Shown here: piece after piece, positions 1-13,150 of the stretch
Numbering within the stretch: the first letter of the stretch is position 1
Layout of the letters: each line of letters starts with the position of its first letter
Assembly: GCF_964355755.1 (NCBI RefSeq)
Contig: NC_092674.1
Span: 10,726,001-10,790,000, forward strand
Length of the DNA: 64,000 nucleotides
Origin: Antedon mediterranea
Taxonomy: Eukaryota; Animalia; Echinodermata
Reading direction: 5' to 3'
Translations under genes and position numbers: made by a program
The notes under the pieces: model-generated
Seen by the model: the letters and a program-made list of their open reading frames with translations, nothing else
The model's database searches: none
Told to the model about the DNA's origin: nothing

Positions 1-873
1 ATTTTTTCCAGTCACCGCAAACCACAAAAATAATCGCGTTGCAATTGAAAATTGCTACGACTTTAATCGGTTATTCAGGTAATCGGTTTTTAAAATCACG
101 TCATCATTCCCCCACAGCGCAGTTCAAGTTATGAAAGGCCGATGAGAGTTGGTTTGTTTACATCCTATCGCTGCCTAAAACTCTCACATGTAGGATTAAA
201 AATTACTCTTACGTAAAGCTTTATTATTTCTAAAATAAACATCTAGGCCTACTACCGTACCACATACAACAGAATAATGATGTTATATTAATAAGGACAC
301 GTCGGCGAAAAAAGTTCGTTTCGCCGTTCGTTGGTTCTACCTTCGGCCTGCTAGGCCTAGAGGCTATTATATTTCTACCGAAACAAGTCAACAGACAACA
401 GGCCTACTAACAAATGACATGTAAAACATCGTTAGCCTGGACTGGTGGTATGTAACGGGTGTACTTGTAACACAGAATCCTGGAGTCTCTCGGTATAATT
501 CTCCCCCACAAAATAATAAAAATCAAATGTTTAACATTTGATTTTTATTCGGTCTACATCGCGATCGTGGTTTTGCTGATCGTCGTCGATATCGCGCAAA
601 TAAACAGCATGCTTTGTGACGTGAATAAGTTTGTCATACTCTAGAGGTCAAAGTGAGGTCAATAATCGCTATTTGTGTTGCAGCTCAAAACTGCTCCGCA
701 ATAATCGGTTAAAACAAGAAATAATCGATTAAAACACGCAATGGATTGAGTGTTTTTAATCGGTTATTTTTAATCGGTTATTTTATTTTGCGCCGTTTCT
801 GCTGCCCAAAAATAATCGATTAAAAAAATAAACGGTTAATAATCGATTATTTCTGCTCAGCAGAAACAGGCCC
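1..873. mobile_element. Right part of a probable non-autonomous DNA transposon with many AATCG(G/A)TT subterminal repeats
   Basis: Clusters of aatcggtta/aatcgatta at about 30-90 and 700-850, CpG-rich body, ending in gcagaaacaggccc. A related fragment is at about 32805. The left end is outside the window. Confidence 0.4.
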
Positions 874-932
874 AATGAAGACATTGTAAACCACAAACAA
901 CACTTTCCATACGTTCCATACATTTCCTATTC

Positions 933-1055
933 AGAGGTAGATTTATATGCGGGGGAATGGTGTGAGAAAAGCTTCCAAGAAATTTGTGTTCTATGGGAGA
1001 ACCCCCATGATTATCTTCACACTCCCACCCTTTTCAAAATCCTGGATCTGCCCCT
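933..1055. mobile_element. Degenerate hAT-like MITE (CAGGGG-type ends)
   Basis: cagaggtagatt ... ggatctgcccctg resembles the termini of the element at 38872-39290. No clean TSD. Confidence 0.3.
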
Positions 1056-1870
1056 GCTTATACTTCTTATTTCTGGGGCACTTCTCTATAAAACGAAAAG
1101 GGAAGGAAATATTACAAAAACAAACAGTATAGTGTTGTAGTCTGTGAGTGGTGCTTACCTGGATAAACCTATAGCCTATAGCCTATTCTCTACAAATATT
1201 ATATCCACAACCAACAGAAGACAGATGTTAAGAGGACAGATATGTGGATCCCAATTATCCCCTTAATTGATTGAATCTAAACAATATAATTGAATTTATA
1301 CAATGCACTAATACAATACTGATTGAGCATTCAAAATAAATATTTTTATGTTTCCTTGATATTATAATTCATTTTTTATGTTAAAACTCAAACACATCAT
1401 ATGTTTTTCCATCAAGAGCATTAAAAGCAAGATGTAGTGGACAAAACTAAGCCAAGTTGTCTGTATCCCATTGTAATCAATGTACCGACAGACATTACTT
1501 CATCTCCATTTTTAAAATCACAAATCTTCCAAGATTCTAACATACGCAACTATGTTCTGCATGAATGATCACAGCATAGCGACAATGTAATATTAATAAT
1601 ATTCATCCAACTAGAGTGTCATCATACAGTCAGTAGTAAATTTATTAAGCATTTCATAAATTTGGATAAAAATATATTATAATTATCCTTATGAAATTTA
1701 CTGGCATACCTCGGATGAATACATCATGCTATTTATAGATTCAAAACGAAGAAGGCAAAGGAGATGTATGGAATAACGATTTACGACTAAAATAAAACAA
1801 GTTTTCTATATTACAATAGCACTAGATACAGCAGATACTTGTGTTCTTTTTCAATTTGGGACACATTTAA

Positions 1871-2475
1871 CACGTTCACTGCCAAGGCATTTTCCGTAAT
1901 TTCTGTCCCAGTGCCAAGTCCCGTTTACATATTAAATTACAGTTTGAAAGTGTAACATCTGGTCACAGACTATCATGATGTCATTCAAAATACGATGGCG
2001 GGAAAAACCGTTGAGACGTATAAATACGTCACTGGCAATGGTCCAACAATTTTATTGACTTTGCCAGGAACGTAAATATACGTCGGGGATTTTCCGCGCT
2101 AAAATCGGTCAAACCTATCATCGAGAGATAAAAACAGTAAACCACACTGAATCATTTCATCCTTTATTATTTTTATTTACTATTAGCGCAATTTATGACA
2201 TGTTTGAGATGATTATATTGAGTGTGAGGGCGCCATCGTATCAACCATATTCAATGCATGAGGGAATAAACACAAACAAACATATGACATTTATTTTTAG
2301 ATTATCGTTTACGTACATCATTCATAAACTGCCATGCGATAATTCCTGTTCCAATCACCACTGCCAGCGATTCTACATACAATACAAAAGTGCTACGATT
2401 TTGACGTAGTATTACGTCTTGGCAAGTAGCGACACGCAATTTTTGACGTATAAATACGCCGTGGCAGTGAACGTG
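1871..2475. mobile_element. piggyBac-like MITE
   Basis: Perfect 14-bp TIR cacgttcactgcca/tggcagtgaacgtg, flanked by TTAA on both sides (1867-1870, 2476-2479). Internal repeat gacgtataaatacg. Confidence 0.85.
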
Positions 2476-3299
2476 TTAAACTGCCCTTTCTCTTTGGCTT
2501 TGTCAGACTGAAAATATTTCACCAAAGAAATGTTTTTCTATAAATGCATGCAAATTTTTAACCTATTTAGTGTAATTTATTTCTTTTATTCTTTATTGAG
2601 AAATGTTAATAAAAACAAATAAAATTGTGAAAAAAACTTTAAATATACATCCTCTTTGTAAACATTATTGCTTTCATTTACAGTATTTTATAATTTTAAA
2701 TATTGAAATTAAATTAGTCAAATTAGTCCATCATTGGATAATCAACAAATTAAATTATAATAATCAATTATAAAAAATACAGTTTAATTTAGAGCTATCT
2801 TAATTAATTTTGCTATCTAATTGTTTAAATCTTGTATACTTATTAGTTTAATTTAATATAGATTAATTTTAATTTAAAATCAGCTGAAGGAATTAGCATT
2901 TACGATACTGAACTGTTATTTTATCATCCGATGCGTTATTTGCAGCTAATTCATTTATATTTTTCATCTTTAAAAGTTAATATGACAGCTTAAAGTTGTC
3001 CGATAAATTTATATTTTTTTGCCTCGGGCTGCTCTACAAATCGTGCACTAAATGCTTGATAAGATATTAGGCTTTGTATCATCATATAGACCATAAGAGA
3101 TATAGATGAAATTCTAATGGCAATAGTTAAAATCCTTTTATTTATCGATAACAAAAAATGATTTTAAATTATTTTGGTGAAATTTTTAACCTACAAATTT
3201 AAATCTATAAAATGGTCTGGTTTTTTGGTTTCACTATCTTTGTATCAATCTATTTTACTATATCCATCCTCCACCTCTGGCTGATCATCCTTATAACTA

Positions 3300-5960
3300 C
3301 AGCCTAGTTCTAGATCACCAAACCTCCTTATTGACTATACCTCCTTCTTTGGTTCAGTACAACCTCATTTTTGCACCACTTATTTCTTTGGCTGATCACC
3401 AACCTCCTTATTGACTCTACCGCTTTCTCTGGATCAGTACCTCCTTTGGTACCACTTCCTTCTCTGGCTGATCACCAACCTTCTTATTGACTGTACCTCT
3501 TTTTCTGGATCAGTACCAACTTTTGTACCACTTCCTTCTCTGGCTGATCACTAACCTCCTTATTGACTCTACCGCTTTCTCTGGATCAGTACCTCCTTTG
3601 GTACCACTTCCTTCTCTGGCTGATCCCCAACCTCCTTATTGACTCTACCTCTTTCTCTGAGCACCAACCTCCTTTGGTACCACTTCCTTCTCTGGCTGAT
3701 CACTAACCTCCTTATTGACTCTACCTCTTTTTCTGGATCAGTACCAACTTTGGTACCACTTCCTTTTCTGGCTGATCACCAACCTCCTTATTGACTCTAC
3801 CTCTTTTTCTGGATCAGTACCAACTTTGGTACCACTTCCTTCTCTGGCTGATCACTAACCTCCTTATTGACTCTACCTCCTTCTCTGAGCACCAACCTCC
3901 TTTGGTACCACTTCCTTTTCTGGCTGATCACCAACCTCCTTATTGACTTTACTTCCTTCTCTGAGCACCAACCTCCTTTGGTACCACTTCCTTCTCTGGC
4001 TGATCACCAACCTCCTTATTTACTTTACCTCCTTCTCTGAGCACCAACCTCCTTTGGTACCACTTCCTTCTCTGGCTGATCCCCAACCTCCTTATTGACT
4101 CTACCTCTTTCTCTGAGCACCAACCTCCTTTGGTACCACTTCCTTCTCTGGCTGATCACTAACCTCCTTATTGACTCTACCTCTTTTTCTGGATCAGTAC
4201 CAACTTTGGTACCACTTCCTTCTCTGGCTGATCCCCAACCTCCTTATTGACTCTAACTCTTTTTCTGGATCAGTACTAACTTTGGTACCACTTCCTTCTC
4301 TGGCTGATCACCAACCTCCTTATTGACTCTACCTCTTTTTCTGGATCACCTCCTTATTCACTCTACCTCTTTTTCTGGATCAGTACCAACTTTGGTACCA
4401 CTTCCTTCTCTGGCTGATCCCCAACCTCCTTATTGACTCTAACTCTTTTTCTGGATCAGTACTAACTTTGGTACCACTTCCTTCTCTGGCTGATCACCAA
4501 CCTCCTTATTGACTCTACCTCTTTTTCTGGATCAGTACCAACTTTGGTACCACTTCCTTCTCTGGCTGATCCCCAACCTCCTTATTCACTCTACCTCTTT
4601 TTCTGGATCAGTACCAACTTTGGTACCACTTCCTTCTCTGGCTGATAACTAACCTCCGTATTGACTCTACCTCTTTCTCTGGATCAGTACCCGACTTTGG
4701 TACCACTTCCTTCTCTGGCTGATCACCAACCTCCTTATTGACTCTACCTCCTTCTTTGAGCACCAACCTCCTTTGGTACCACTTTCTTCTCTGGCTGATC
4801 ACCAACCTCCTTATTGACTCTACCTCATTCTTTGAGCACCAACCTCCTTTGGTGCCACTTCTTTCTCTGGCTGATCACCAACCTCCTTATTGACTCTACC
4901 TCATTCTTTGAGCACCAACCTCCTTTGGTACCACTTCTTTCTCTGGCTGATCACCAACCTCCTTATTGACTCTACCTCCTTCTCTGAGCACCAACCTCCT
5001 TTGGTACCACTGCCTTCTCTGGCTGGTTGCTAACCTCCTTATTGACTCTACCTCTTTCTCTGAGCACCAATCTCCTTTGGTACCACTTCCTTCTCTGGCT
5101 GGTTGCTAACCTCCTTATTGACTCTACCTCATTCTCTGAGCACCAACCTCCTTTGGTACCACTTCTTTCTCTGGCTGATCACCAACCTCCTTATTGACTC
5201 TACCTCCTTCTCTGAGCACCAACCTCCTTTGGTGCCACTTCCTTCTCTGGCTGATCACCAACCTCCTTATTGACTCTACCTCATTCTCTGAGCACCAACC
5301 TCCTTTGGTACCACTTCCTTCTCTGGCTGATCACTAACCTCCTTATTGACTCTACCTCATTCTCTGAGCACCAACCTCCTTTGGTGCCACTTCCTTCTCT
5401 GGCTGATCACCAACCTCCTTATTGACTCTACCTCCTTCTCTGAGCACCAACCTCTTTTGGTGCCACTTCTTTCTCTGGCTGATCACTAACCTCCTTATTG
5501 ACTCTACCTCATTCTCTGAGCACCAACCTCCTTTGGTACCACTTCTTTCTCTGGCTGATCACCAACCTCCTTATTGACTCTACCTCATTCTCTGAGCACC
5601 AACCTCCTTTGGTGCCACTTCTTTCTCTGGCTGATCACCAACCTCCTTATTCACTCTACCTCATTCTCTGAGCACCAACCTCCTTTGGTGCCACTTCCTT
5701 TTCTGGCTGATCACCAACCTCCTTATTGACTCTACCTCATTCTTTGAGCACCAACCTCCTTTGGTGCCACTTCCTTTTCTGGCTGATCACCAACCTCCTT
5801 ATTGACTCTACCTCATTCTTTGAGCACCAACCTCCTTTGGTACCACTTCCTTTTCTGGCTGATCACCAACCTCCTTATTGACCCTACCTCCTTCTCTGAG
5901 CACCAACCTCCTTTGGTACCACTTCCTTCTCTGGCTGGTTGCTAACCTCCTTATTGACTC
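3300..5960. repeat. 76-bp minisatellite, about 35 copies, built from two related subunits starting ccaacctcct
   Basis: The gatc anchor recurs at 3394, 3470, 3546, 3622 and onward (period 76). Consensus ccaacctcctttggtaccacttccttctctggctgatcaccaacctccttattgactctacctccttctctgagca. Confidence 0.97.
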
Positions 5961-6719
5961 CACCTACTTATCTGGAATTTCATTATTGACTTCATCTTCT
6001 CTAATGGCTAATTGCCAGTCTCCCTTTGGCTCCATATAATATACTGTATTATCTTTCCAAAATCTATAATTCTTTTAATATGACTTTCAAATGTATTCAT
6101 CTATTTCTATTTAAACCGTTAAAACTAAATTTATTTATTTTTGGTTACGTACATTTGATTCTATACAACAAAGTTAATTACATTTATGCCCTTATGGAAA
6201 ATTGAACCACATTCTCTCATCTACTTAATATCAAAAACAAAACTTACATCAAATTTATCGCCATAGCATATTCCATCAAATTTAAACAAATGAATCCAAA
6301 AACTAATATTAATATCTGTTATGACAATCATTCTGATCTCGCCAAAATAAGCAAAATAAAGTTATTTTTTTAAGGGCAAAATAACAGTTTTTATGATATA
6401 CAAGAATAATATGATGTAATCTGGTTGATTTGTACGGAAATAAATCATGAAGTCAAATCAAGGGCAGCTTTGATGTTTTATCAATCAAGTCAAGATACAT
6501 GTAAAAGATAAGTACAGCTATTATAAATTCACAGAATGCCTTTATATACAGTAGCGCGATTTAATTAGTAAATTCACAATAACCTTCTATGACCTCTGAC
6601 ATAGAGAATATGCCCTTTTGGATATGGCAAGAGAAAACCCCCACATTTTCACAAACAAATCAACATAGTCGAAATGCTAAAAGCAGTTAAGATACTATTT
6701 TAAAGTACATTTTGCAAAT

Positions 6720-6925
6720 GTAAAGGCGTGTGATGCAGTGGGAGTTGGGACTACTGATCGTCACATTGCTTGTATTCTTTATTCCTTATGTTTGCCTTTA
6801 TTCACCCAGGTGTACAAATGGGTACCTGGTAATGTCAAAACAGAACTGCACTGAGACTGCATTATGGGAGTCCATGTGTTTGATACAAAAATGACCGGGG
6901 TAATAATGTGCTATGCAAGAATAAC
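6720..6925 (+). mobile_element. Degenerate SINE (Meta/CORE-like central domain)
   Basis: cacccaggtgtacaaatgggtacc resembles a conserved SINE core. The 3' part (cattatggga...gtgtttgat...aaaatgaccggg) is shared with an inverted copy at about 50600-50790. Confidence 0.45.
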
Positions 6926-6965
6926 ATACTGTAGTATGCTATTTTATACAAAAAAAGTACCTTAC

Positions 6966-7120
6966 CTTATCAGGCTCGATGTATATAGGTTTATTTAGTA
7001 TCATCCATATGACTGTCTCACTGCAAGGTGGTGTTGTCAGTGATCCCTGATATGTTATGTAATCCGTTGTTAGTGGTAACAATTCTCTCACGTTCATTCT
7101 GCTTAGAGGTATAAAGGTAT
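6966..7120 (-). CDS. CA10: CA10-like coding exon ((D)TFIPLSRMNVRELLPLTTDYITYQGSLTTPPCSETVIWMILNKPIYIEPDK)
   Basis: Acceptor tttgttttag|ATACC, donor GATAAG|gtaagg. 155 nt, phase 1/0. Contains the canonical YxGSLTTPPCxExVxW motif. Confidence 0.95.
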
Positions 7121-7239
7121 CTAAAACAAAAGTAAACAAAAATATATAGTAACAGGGAAATCCTCAATTAAATGAATTTCAATTTTCGTTACCAGAAAAT
7201 ATATATCTCCAGGATTTGGTTTGACTTTTAATGAAGGAT

Positions 7240-7920
7240 TTAGGAATGATGGATACAGGAATGATGGATACAGGGGAGATGAATCCAGGGATGATGGATC
7301 TATGGGGATGGAGCCAGGCATATTAAATTCATGGCTATTAGATCAAGGGGTCTTAGATCATGGGATATTGGATCTAGGGATATTAGATCTTGGGGTATTG
7401 TATCCAGGAATATTTGATCCAGGTGTGTTGGATTGATGAATCCGAGGGTATTAGATCCATCAGCCCTGGATACAGGGCTGATGTATCCAGGGGTTATGGA
7501 TCCAGGGGTATTGGATCCAGGGGTATTGGATCCAGGAGTATTAGATCCAGGGGTATTAGATCCAGTAGTATTAGATCCAGGGATATTGGATCCAGTGATA
7601 TTAGATCAAGGGGTATTGGATCCAGCGGGGTATTGGATCCAGGGATATCTAGGGTATTGGATCCAGGGCTGATGAATTCAGGGGTATTGGATCCAGGAGT
7701 ATTGGATCCAGGCCTCAAGAATCCAGGGGTGATGTATCCAGGGGTTATGGATCCAAGGGTACTAGATCTAGGGTATTGGATCTAGGGATGATGAATCCAG
7801 GGGTTATGGATCCAAGGGTACTAGATCTAGGGTATTGGATCTAGGGGTATTGAATCCAGGAGTATTCAATCCAGCGCTGATGAATTCAGGGGTAATGGAT
7901 ACAGGGATGGTGGTTCCATG
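7240..7920. repeat. Degenerate 15-bp minisatellite (ggatccaggggtatt)n
   Basis: Tandem copies visible directly, most regular at 7498-7790. Source of the spurious VLDPG and SRGIG ORFs. Confidence 0.92.
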
Positions 7921-8557
7921 GTTAATGCATGGGTGGGTATCTTTGTATTGTTATCATTTATTCCTTATACTAACAATCTTGTAGACTTTAAATAACAACA
8001 CACTATTTAGTTAAACGTGGTATGTTGGCTAGGTAATCAAATTAAACAAATAGATGAATATTCATTATCTGAGGAAACATGTATACAGTATGAAAATTAA
8101 TTATTTTGGAATAGTTGTAGTATAGTAAAAAATATTGGAAATGACACATAAGGTTACTAAAATAATGTTTGTCAATATTTTTGTTGTTGCAATAAACGTA
8201 GTAAAATAGTACTGTACATTCTATTTTATGTTGGCACATTTCTGTTTATCTAGAGTTCTTGAAACATTTTTTTTTATAATGTAGAATAATTCAGACTAGA
8301 ATTTACAAGCTTCAACAAATGTTCAGGATTCTAGTGCAATAAGTTGTGACGAAAATGTGTTAAGTGTTGGCAAGAGAATTGAGAATGGTTGAAATAAAAT
8401 GCTGCTAGCCAATTTTAATGTAATAATTGATACTCTCACAATTTAAAAAATAAAAATTTGAGGAAAATAATTGTAATATTTGCATATTTTTGTATATGCT
8501 TATGATATTTATCAAATTGAACAAACTTTTAACAAAATTATTTTTTTGCGTTCCAGG

Positions 8558-9010
8558 AATAATAATAAGGAAATGTTATATTGCACTTGTTTCCATAAAA
8601 AAAAAGATGCTCATGGCGCATTCAACAATTGAATTGAATTGAATTGAATGCAATGGATGAAATCATGTAGTAAATTGAGTCCGAGTAGATGATAATTGTC
8701 TAAAGCTCTGTCTACACTATCAAACTTTATGTAACAAAAAATGCTATGTGCTCATATATGGACATAATAATGTCATTTCTTTACAGTACTAAATTTCACT
8801 ACCATATTTGGGCACATCACATTTCTTTTTTCTCAAACTAGTTTGATAGCGTAGACAGAGCTTTAAGCTTTGATTTAAAGGAGTTCAATGAATTTGAAGA
8901 TTTAACAAGTTCAGGAAGTTGATTCCGAAAAATGGAGCAGCAAAAGTATATGACCAATTGCCCAATGATTTTGAAGCAGATTGCGAACGGGTTTATATGG
9001 AAAATGTGCA
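8558..9010 (-). mobile_element. 3' remnant of an L2/CR1-group LINE, interrupted by a MITE
   Basis: Minus strand 8865-8965 reads GNWSYTFAAPF-(frameshift)-RNQLPELVKSSNSLNSFKSKL, the typical ORF2 C-terminus. A 3' UTR with gcgccatgagc and a (TTA)n tail at about 8560 matches the copy at 38510. Confidence 0.55.
8703..8863. mobile_element. About 160-bp MITE (TA/TWA target)
   Basis: TIR aagctctgtctacactatcaaact / agtttgatagcgtagacagagctt (one mismatch), TA on both flanks. Second family member at 37955-38090. Confidence 0.8.
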
Positions 9011-10377
9011 TTAGAGATGTATGAATTGGCGCAAGGGTTACATAGAGAAAAACTCCACATTTTTGTTTGAAGTGTAAACAGGCATTTGTCTATTTATGAT
9101 AAAGAATACAGGAAAAGAATAATAATAATCATATTATATTTTTGTAATATATTAATCTGATATAGATTGTATCATTCACTGATCAATGACCTAGATACAA
9201 CATCTATGAAATGCCAGATTTTGTCAACTTATAATGCTATGTATAGACAAGCTCCTTTGGGAGCTATTAGTACATAATACTCAACAACTTACACAAATTA
9301 TTACCAACACATCAGGAGCATGATTTATGATAAAGAACATTCCACAGCTATGCAAATGTATATAATATTGTCACCATGGTGATGAGTTTTACAAATTTTA
9401 TTTCTTTTGCAAGCAAAGTAAAGATAATTATTTTTTATGTGAGGTTTATTGATTTGTCATATTCAATGCTACGGTGTGACACACGGATCAGAATGAATTA
9501 CAAAAATTGAGCAAAAGTTAAATGTATCTTTTTTATTGTACTGTATGTGGGCGTCTTTTGAATATATCATAAATATGTATAAAGTTATGCATTGCCGTTC
9601 TCCACTGAAAGCAAAAGATTGGATCTAGCATAAAAAGTGCAATTTCCTATAGCAGCTCTACTTTTCAAAAAATTCTTTTTATAGACTTGCATATTTCTTG
9701 TCATATCGGGGATGAGTATAGTCATTTAACCAGGAAAAATTAACCAGGAAAATTATTATCTTTGCACCTTCCAACCTGTTACGCCACTTGATGTTGATAT
9801 AAAAAACTGTCATGTTATTTAGCTTAGTAGAATTGTCCTTTGGGACACCCATATTTGGGGAAAACCTACCCAATAAATGAGAAATATATGGTTGAACACT
9901 ATAATAAATCTCTATAACATAATAAAAATCAAGAAACCGTACAAAACAACGACATTCGCTAATACAAAAATATCAATATCTATCTCGATATATTATAATT
10001 AATTAGTAATTTCACAAATTTCACACTTTCACAAAACTAGGATTTTTTTTTTTCATATACAGACGTACTGCAACATATGCTATATGAGATAATATTTGTA
10101 GGGAGGTACAGTATGCTTATATGCCAAAGTGGGCTTATAAAAAAAGTAAATGTTAATCAATTATGAACAATATTTGTGTCAATATAATACATGAATATAA
10201 TGAAAGAAAAAAATAGTGAACCAGTCATGTCTGCATGCCGTAACCATGACGTTGAGAGTAAACATAACAATTTTACAGCTAAATAATATATGATGACTAC
10301 AATAGATTCATTATAGGTTCAAAAAACAGTTTTTATTGCTTGATAAAAAAACTTATTTACAACAAAATGTCGTTGTT

Positions 10378-10705
10378 TCAGTTGAATAAGAGCGTCAGAC
10401 AAATAAGTACGGAAGTCAAATAATTGCTTAAGTAGAATAAGTCAGTGTATTAGTTGAATAAGTACCTCAGCCGAATAAGAGAATCAATTGAAAAAGTACC
10501 TCACTCAAATGAATGCTTTAGTCGAATAAAGTACCTCAGTTGATTGAGTGCCTACTGTAAGTCATATACTGAAAGTACATCAGTGAAATAAGTACTTATT
10601 AAATTACATAAATTTGAAAAAGTACTTAAAATGAATATTATAAATATAAGTACTTCAGTCACATATTTTCCTTCAAATAAATTCAATTGAATAAGATCCT
10701 CAGTT
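10378..10705. repeat. Degenerate tandem array of agttgaataagtac-like units
   Basis: Repeated gttgaataag / gtcgaataaagtac / gaaataagtac, the reverse complement of the 12766-13150 array. Confidence 0.6.
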
Positions 10706-12672
10706 GCATGTTCTGTAATAAAAAAAAAATGTCATATAAAATAAAAGTCTATTTCAAGTAGTGTTCTTATCTTCACATTTTTGATTGCCAAATTTACCCA
10801 ATACCAGACAGATGAAAATAATAGTTAAATATCAAATTTATTAGTATTTTGAATATGATAGTAGATTTACAATAACAAATTTTGATTCAATTCACACCTC
10901 AAAACTACTAATAGTATAGTGTCGCACAAATCGATAAACAACATTGATTTCTTCATGGGACCAGTACAACAATTTAAACAAAATCAATTTCTACACTTAT
11001 ACACAGACTAATTGATAAAGATTCAAAAGAAACAACTTGATTTATTTACACAATCGTTGTTGGCTGTTGTTAATGAACGCTTACACTTGTGCGCTTTATT
11101 CTGCTATATGCTTCGCAAAAAAATAGCAGTCATGTCACGCCCTCATACAAGTAATAAAAAATTGTATCATATATAAGCTGGAAAAACACATTTTGGCGAA
11201 AAGAACAAGTGAGAAAGAAGTGCTTTATCATTTGTGTGAACTTATATATACCCAATTCAATTCAATAATAACACAATTATTCTTATCATTAACTAAATGA
11301 TTATATTACAATCACTATTCTATCAAAATCTTGTACCAAAATATAATTTTACTGGAGGACACAAAATCACATTTTTTTTGTTTTTTGTTTTTTGTAATTT
11401 CTGTTTGTAAATCGTAGGTACCATTATACCAATAATGATTTGTTTCACATTACATCCAGGTAATTAATGTTTACAAAAAACCCATGATAGCAAACAATAT
11501 TCACTCAGAGTCATTATAAATATTCACTTTTTCCTAAAATACGATGCATTTCATCAATTAGATGACTTGATCTTTGAGTTTCTTGACATTTCCAGAATAT
11601 ATCCCCTAAAGCTTTCTCATAAAATCAACTCGTCACTCTCTTTGCAATAAAACTTTGCCTCGGCCATTCCCTTTAATCAGAATAATGTACTTTTACCCTT
11701 GAAAGGATAACATATGACAAATAACGGTTCAAAAGTTAAGTGCCCTAGGACATAGCGAGATCATTGGTTCAGTTCTGGAATGCAATGGACATGTTCATTA
11801 AATTAGAATTCTAATGGAAACTAATTTTTTATCTAGCATTATATTCATCCTGAAGTTTTCTTCTTTTACAGCTTTAAACAGGTTATCACATATCATATAA
11901 AACAAACATAATATTTTTAAAGCAAACAAATATGTTTGTAATAATAATTGTTCAAAAAGTTTTAATTTTTTTTTTAAATTACACTCACTGAATATCTCAA
12001 ATTTTCAAAAACAATAGTAGGCATTTCAACATAAAATTAAGTATCTTTTATTTATAAAAATAATATTAATTAAATTAATTGCATTTTCTTTAAATTTATT
12101 TGAAAAATGTTGACATATTTTGACTCGACAGTATGCTCAGAAGTGTAAATCCCACTCAAATAAGAAAAAAGACTATCTTAATAACATTTTGATTGAAGAC
12201 AAAATTTAAAGCGTATTGCTTAAAAGTACAATGTAATAATTTAATTTTCCAATAGAATGCTGGTAAATATTTTTACTTTTAAATTTAATTTATATTGATG
12301 GAAAAAAGTACAATCAAATACTGCAGACAAAATCAGCAATTCATATTAGGTCCTACCATCTGAAGCGCCTTTGGCATGACAAAAGTACAAGCAAATTCTA
12401 TAAAAGTGGATTAATTTAAATTGTTAGTACCGACAATGCATTGGAATTTCAATTTGTGTAATGTGCATGTACTGTACTCAATTTTTAAATTATAGAAAGT
12501 TAAACTAAAGAAAGTAGAAACATATTTTAGAATGTTTGACAAATAAAACAAAAAACACACTTTACACTTAATCAGTACAACATTTTTTGTGTATTAATTT
12601 TAAGCTTACCACCCCCAACCAAACATGGCCAAGAGTAACAAATGGAGACAGAGGGAGAGGAAGGAGAGGGGA

Positions 12673-12752
12673 ATGCATCAGGGGGAAGGGGTATGCATCA
12701 GGGGGAAGGGGTATGCATCAGGGGGAAGGGGTATGCATCAGGGGGAAGGGGT
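12673..12752. repeat. 20-bp G-rich tandem repeat x4 (atgcatcagggggaaggggt)
   Basis: Four exact copies. The G4/G5 runs give G-quadruplex potential on the + strand. Confidence 0.95.
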
Positions 12753-12765
12753 AAATTGAGTTGAG

Positions 12766-13150
12766 ATACTTATTCAACTGGGATACTTATTCAACTAAAG
12801 TACTTATTTAACTAGTATACTTGAATTCATCTGGAATACTTATTCAACTGGGATACTTATTCAATTGGGATACTTATTCAACTAGGATACTTATTCAACT
12901 GGGATACTTATTCAACTGAAGTACTTATTTAAATGGGATACTTTAATTCATCTGGAATACTTATTCAACTGGGATACTTATTCAACTGAGATACTTATTC
13001 AACTGGGATACTTATTCAATTAGCATACTTATTCAACTAGAGCATCGTTATTCAACTAGAGCATCGTTATTCAACTGGGATACTTATTCAACTGGAGTAC
13101 TTATTTAACTGGGATACTTTAATTCAACTGGAGTACTTATTCAACTGACG
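12766..13150. repeat. 17-bp minisatellite (tacttattcaactggga)n
   Basis: About 22 tandem copies with variants, decaying to about 13225. Confidence 0.93.

Noticed and set aside
1150-1260. Strong minus-strand donor (CAG|GTAAGC near 1158) as the next CA10-like exon
   Set aside because: The upstream sequence does not encode the expected L..LR.L...N.RP.Q motif. The next exon was not found and probably lies beyond position 1.
4608-4805. EKEVVPK-type ORF in the 76-bp satellite as a repetitive coding exon
   Set aside because: The period of 76 is not a multiple of 3, frames shift every unit and hit stops, and the CA domain needs a different next exon.
7221-7785. VLDPG / SRGIG repeat ORFs
   Set aside because: They are translations of the 15-bp minisatellite, open in several frames on both strands, with no splice support.
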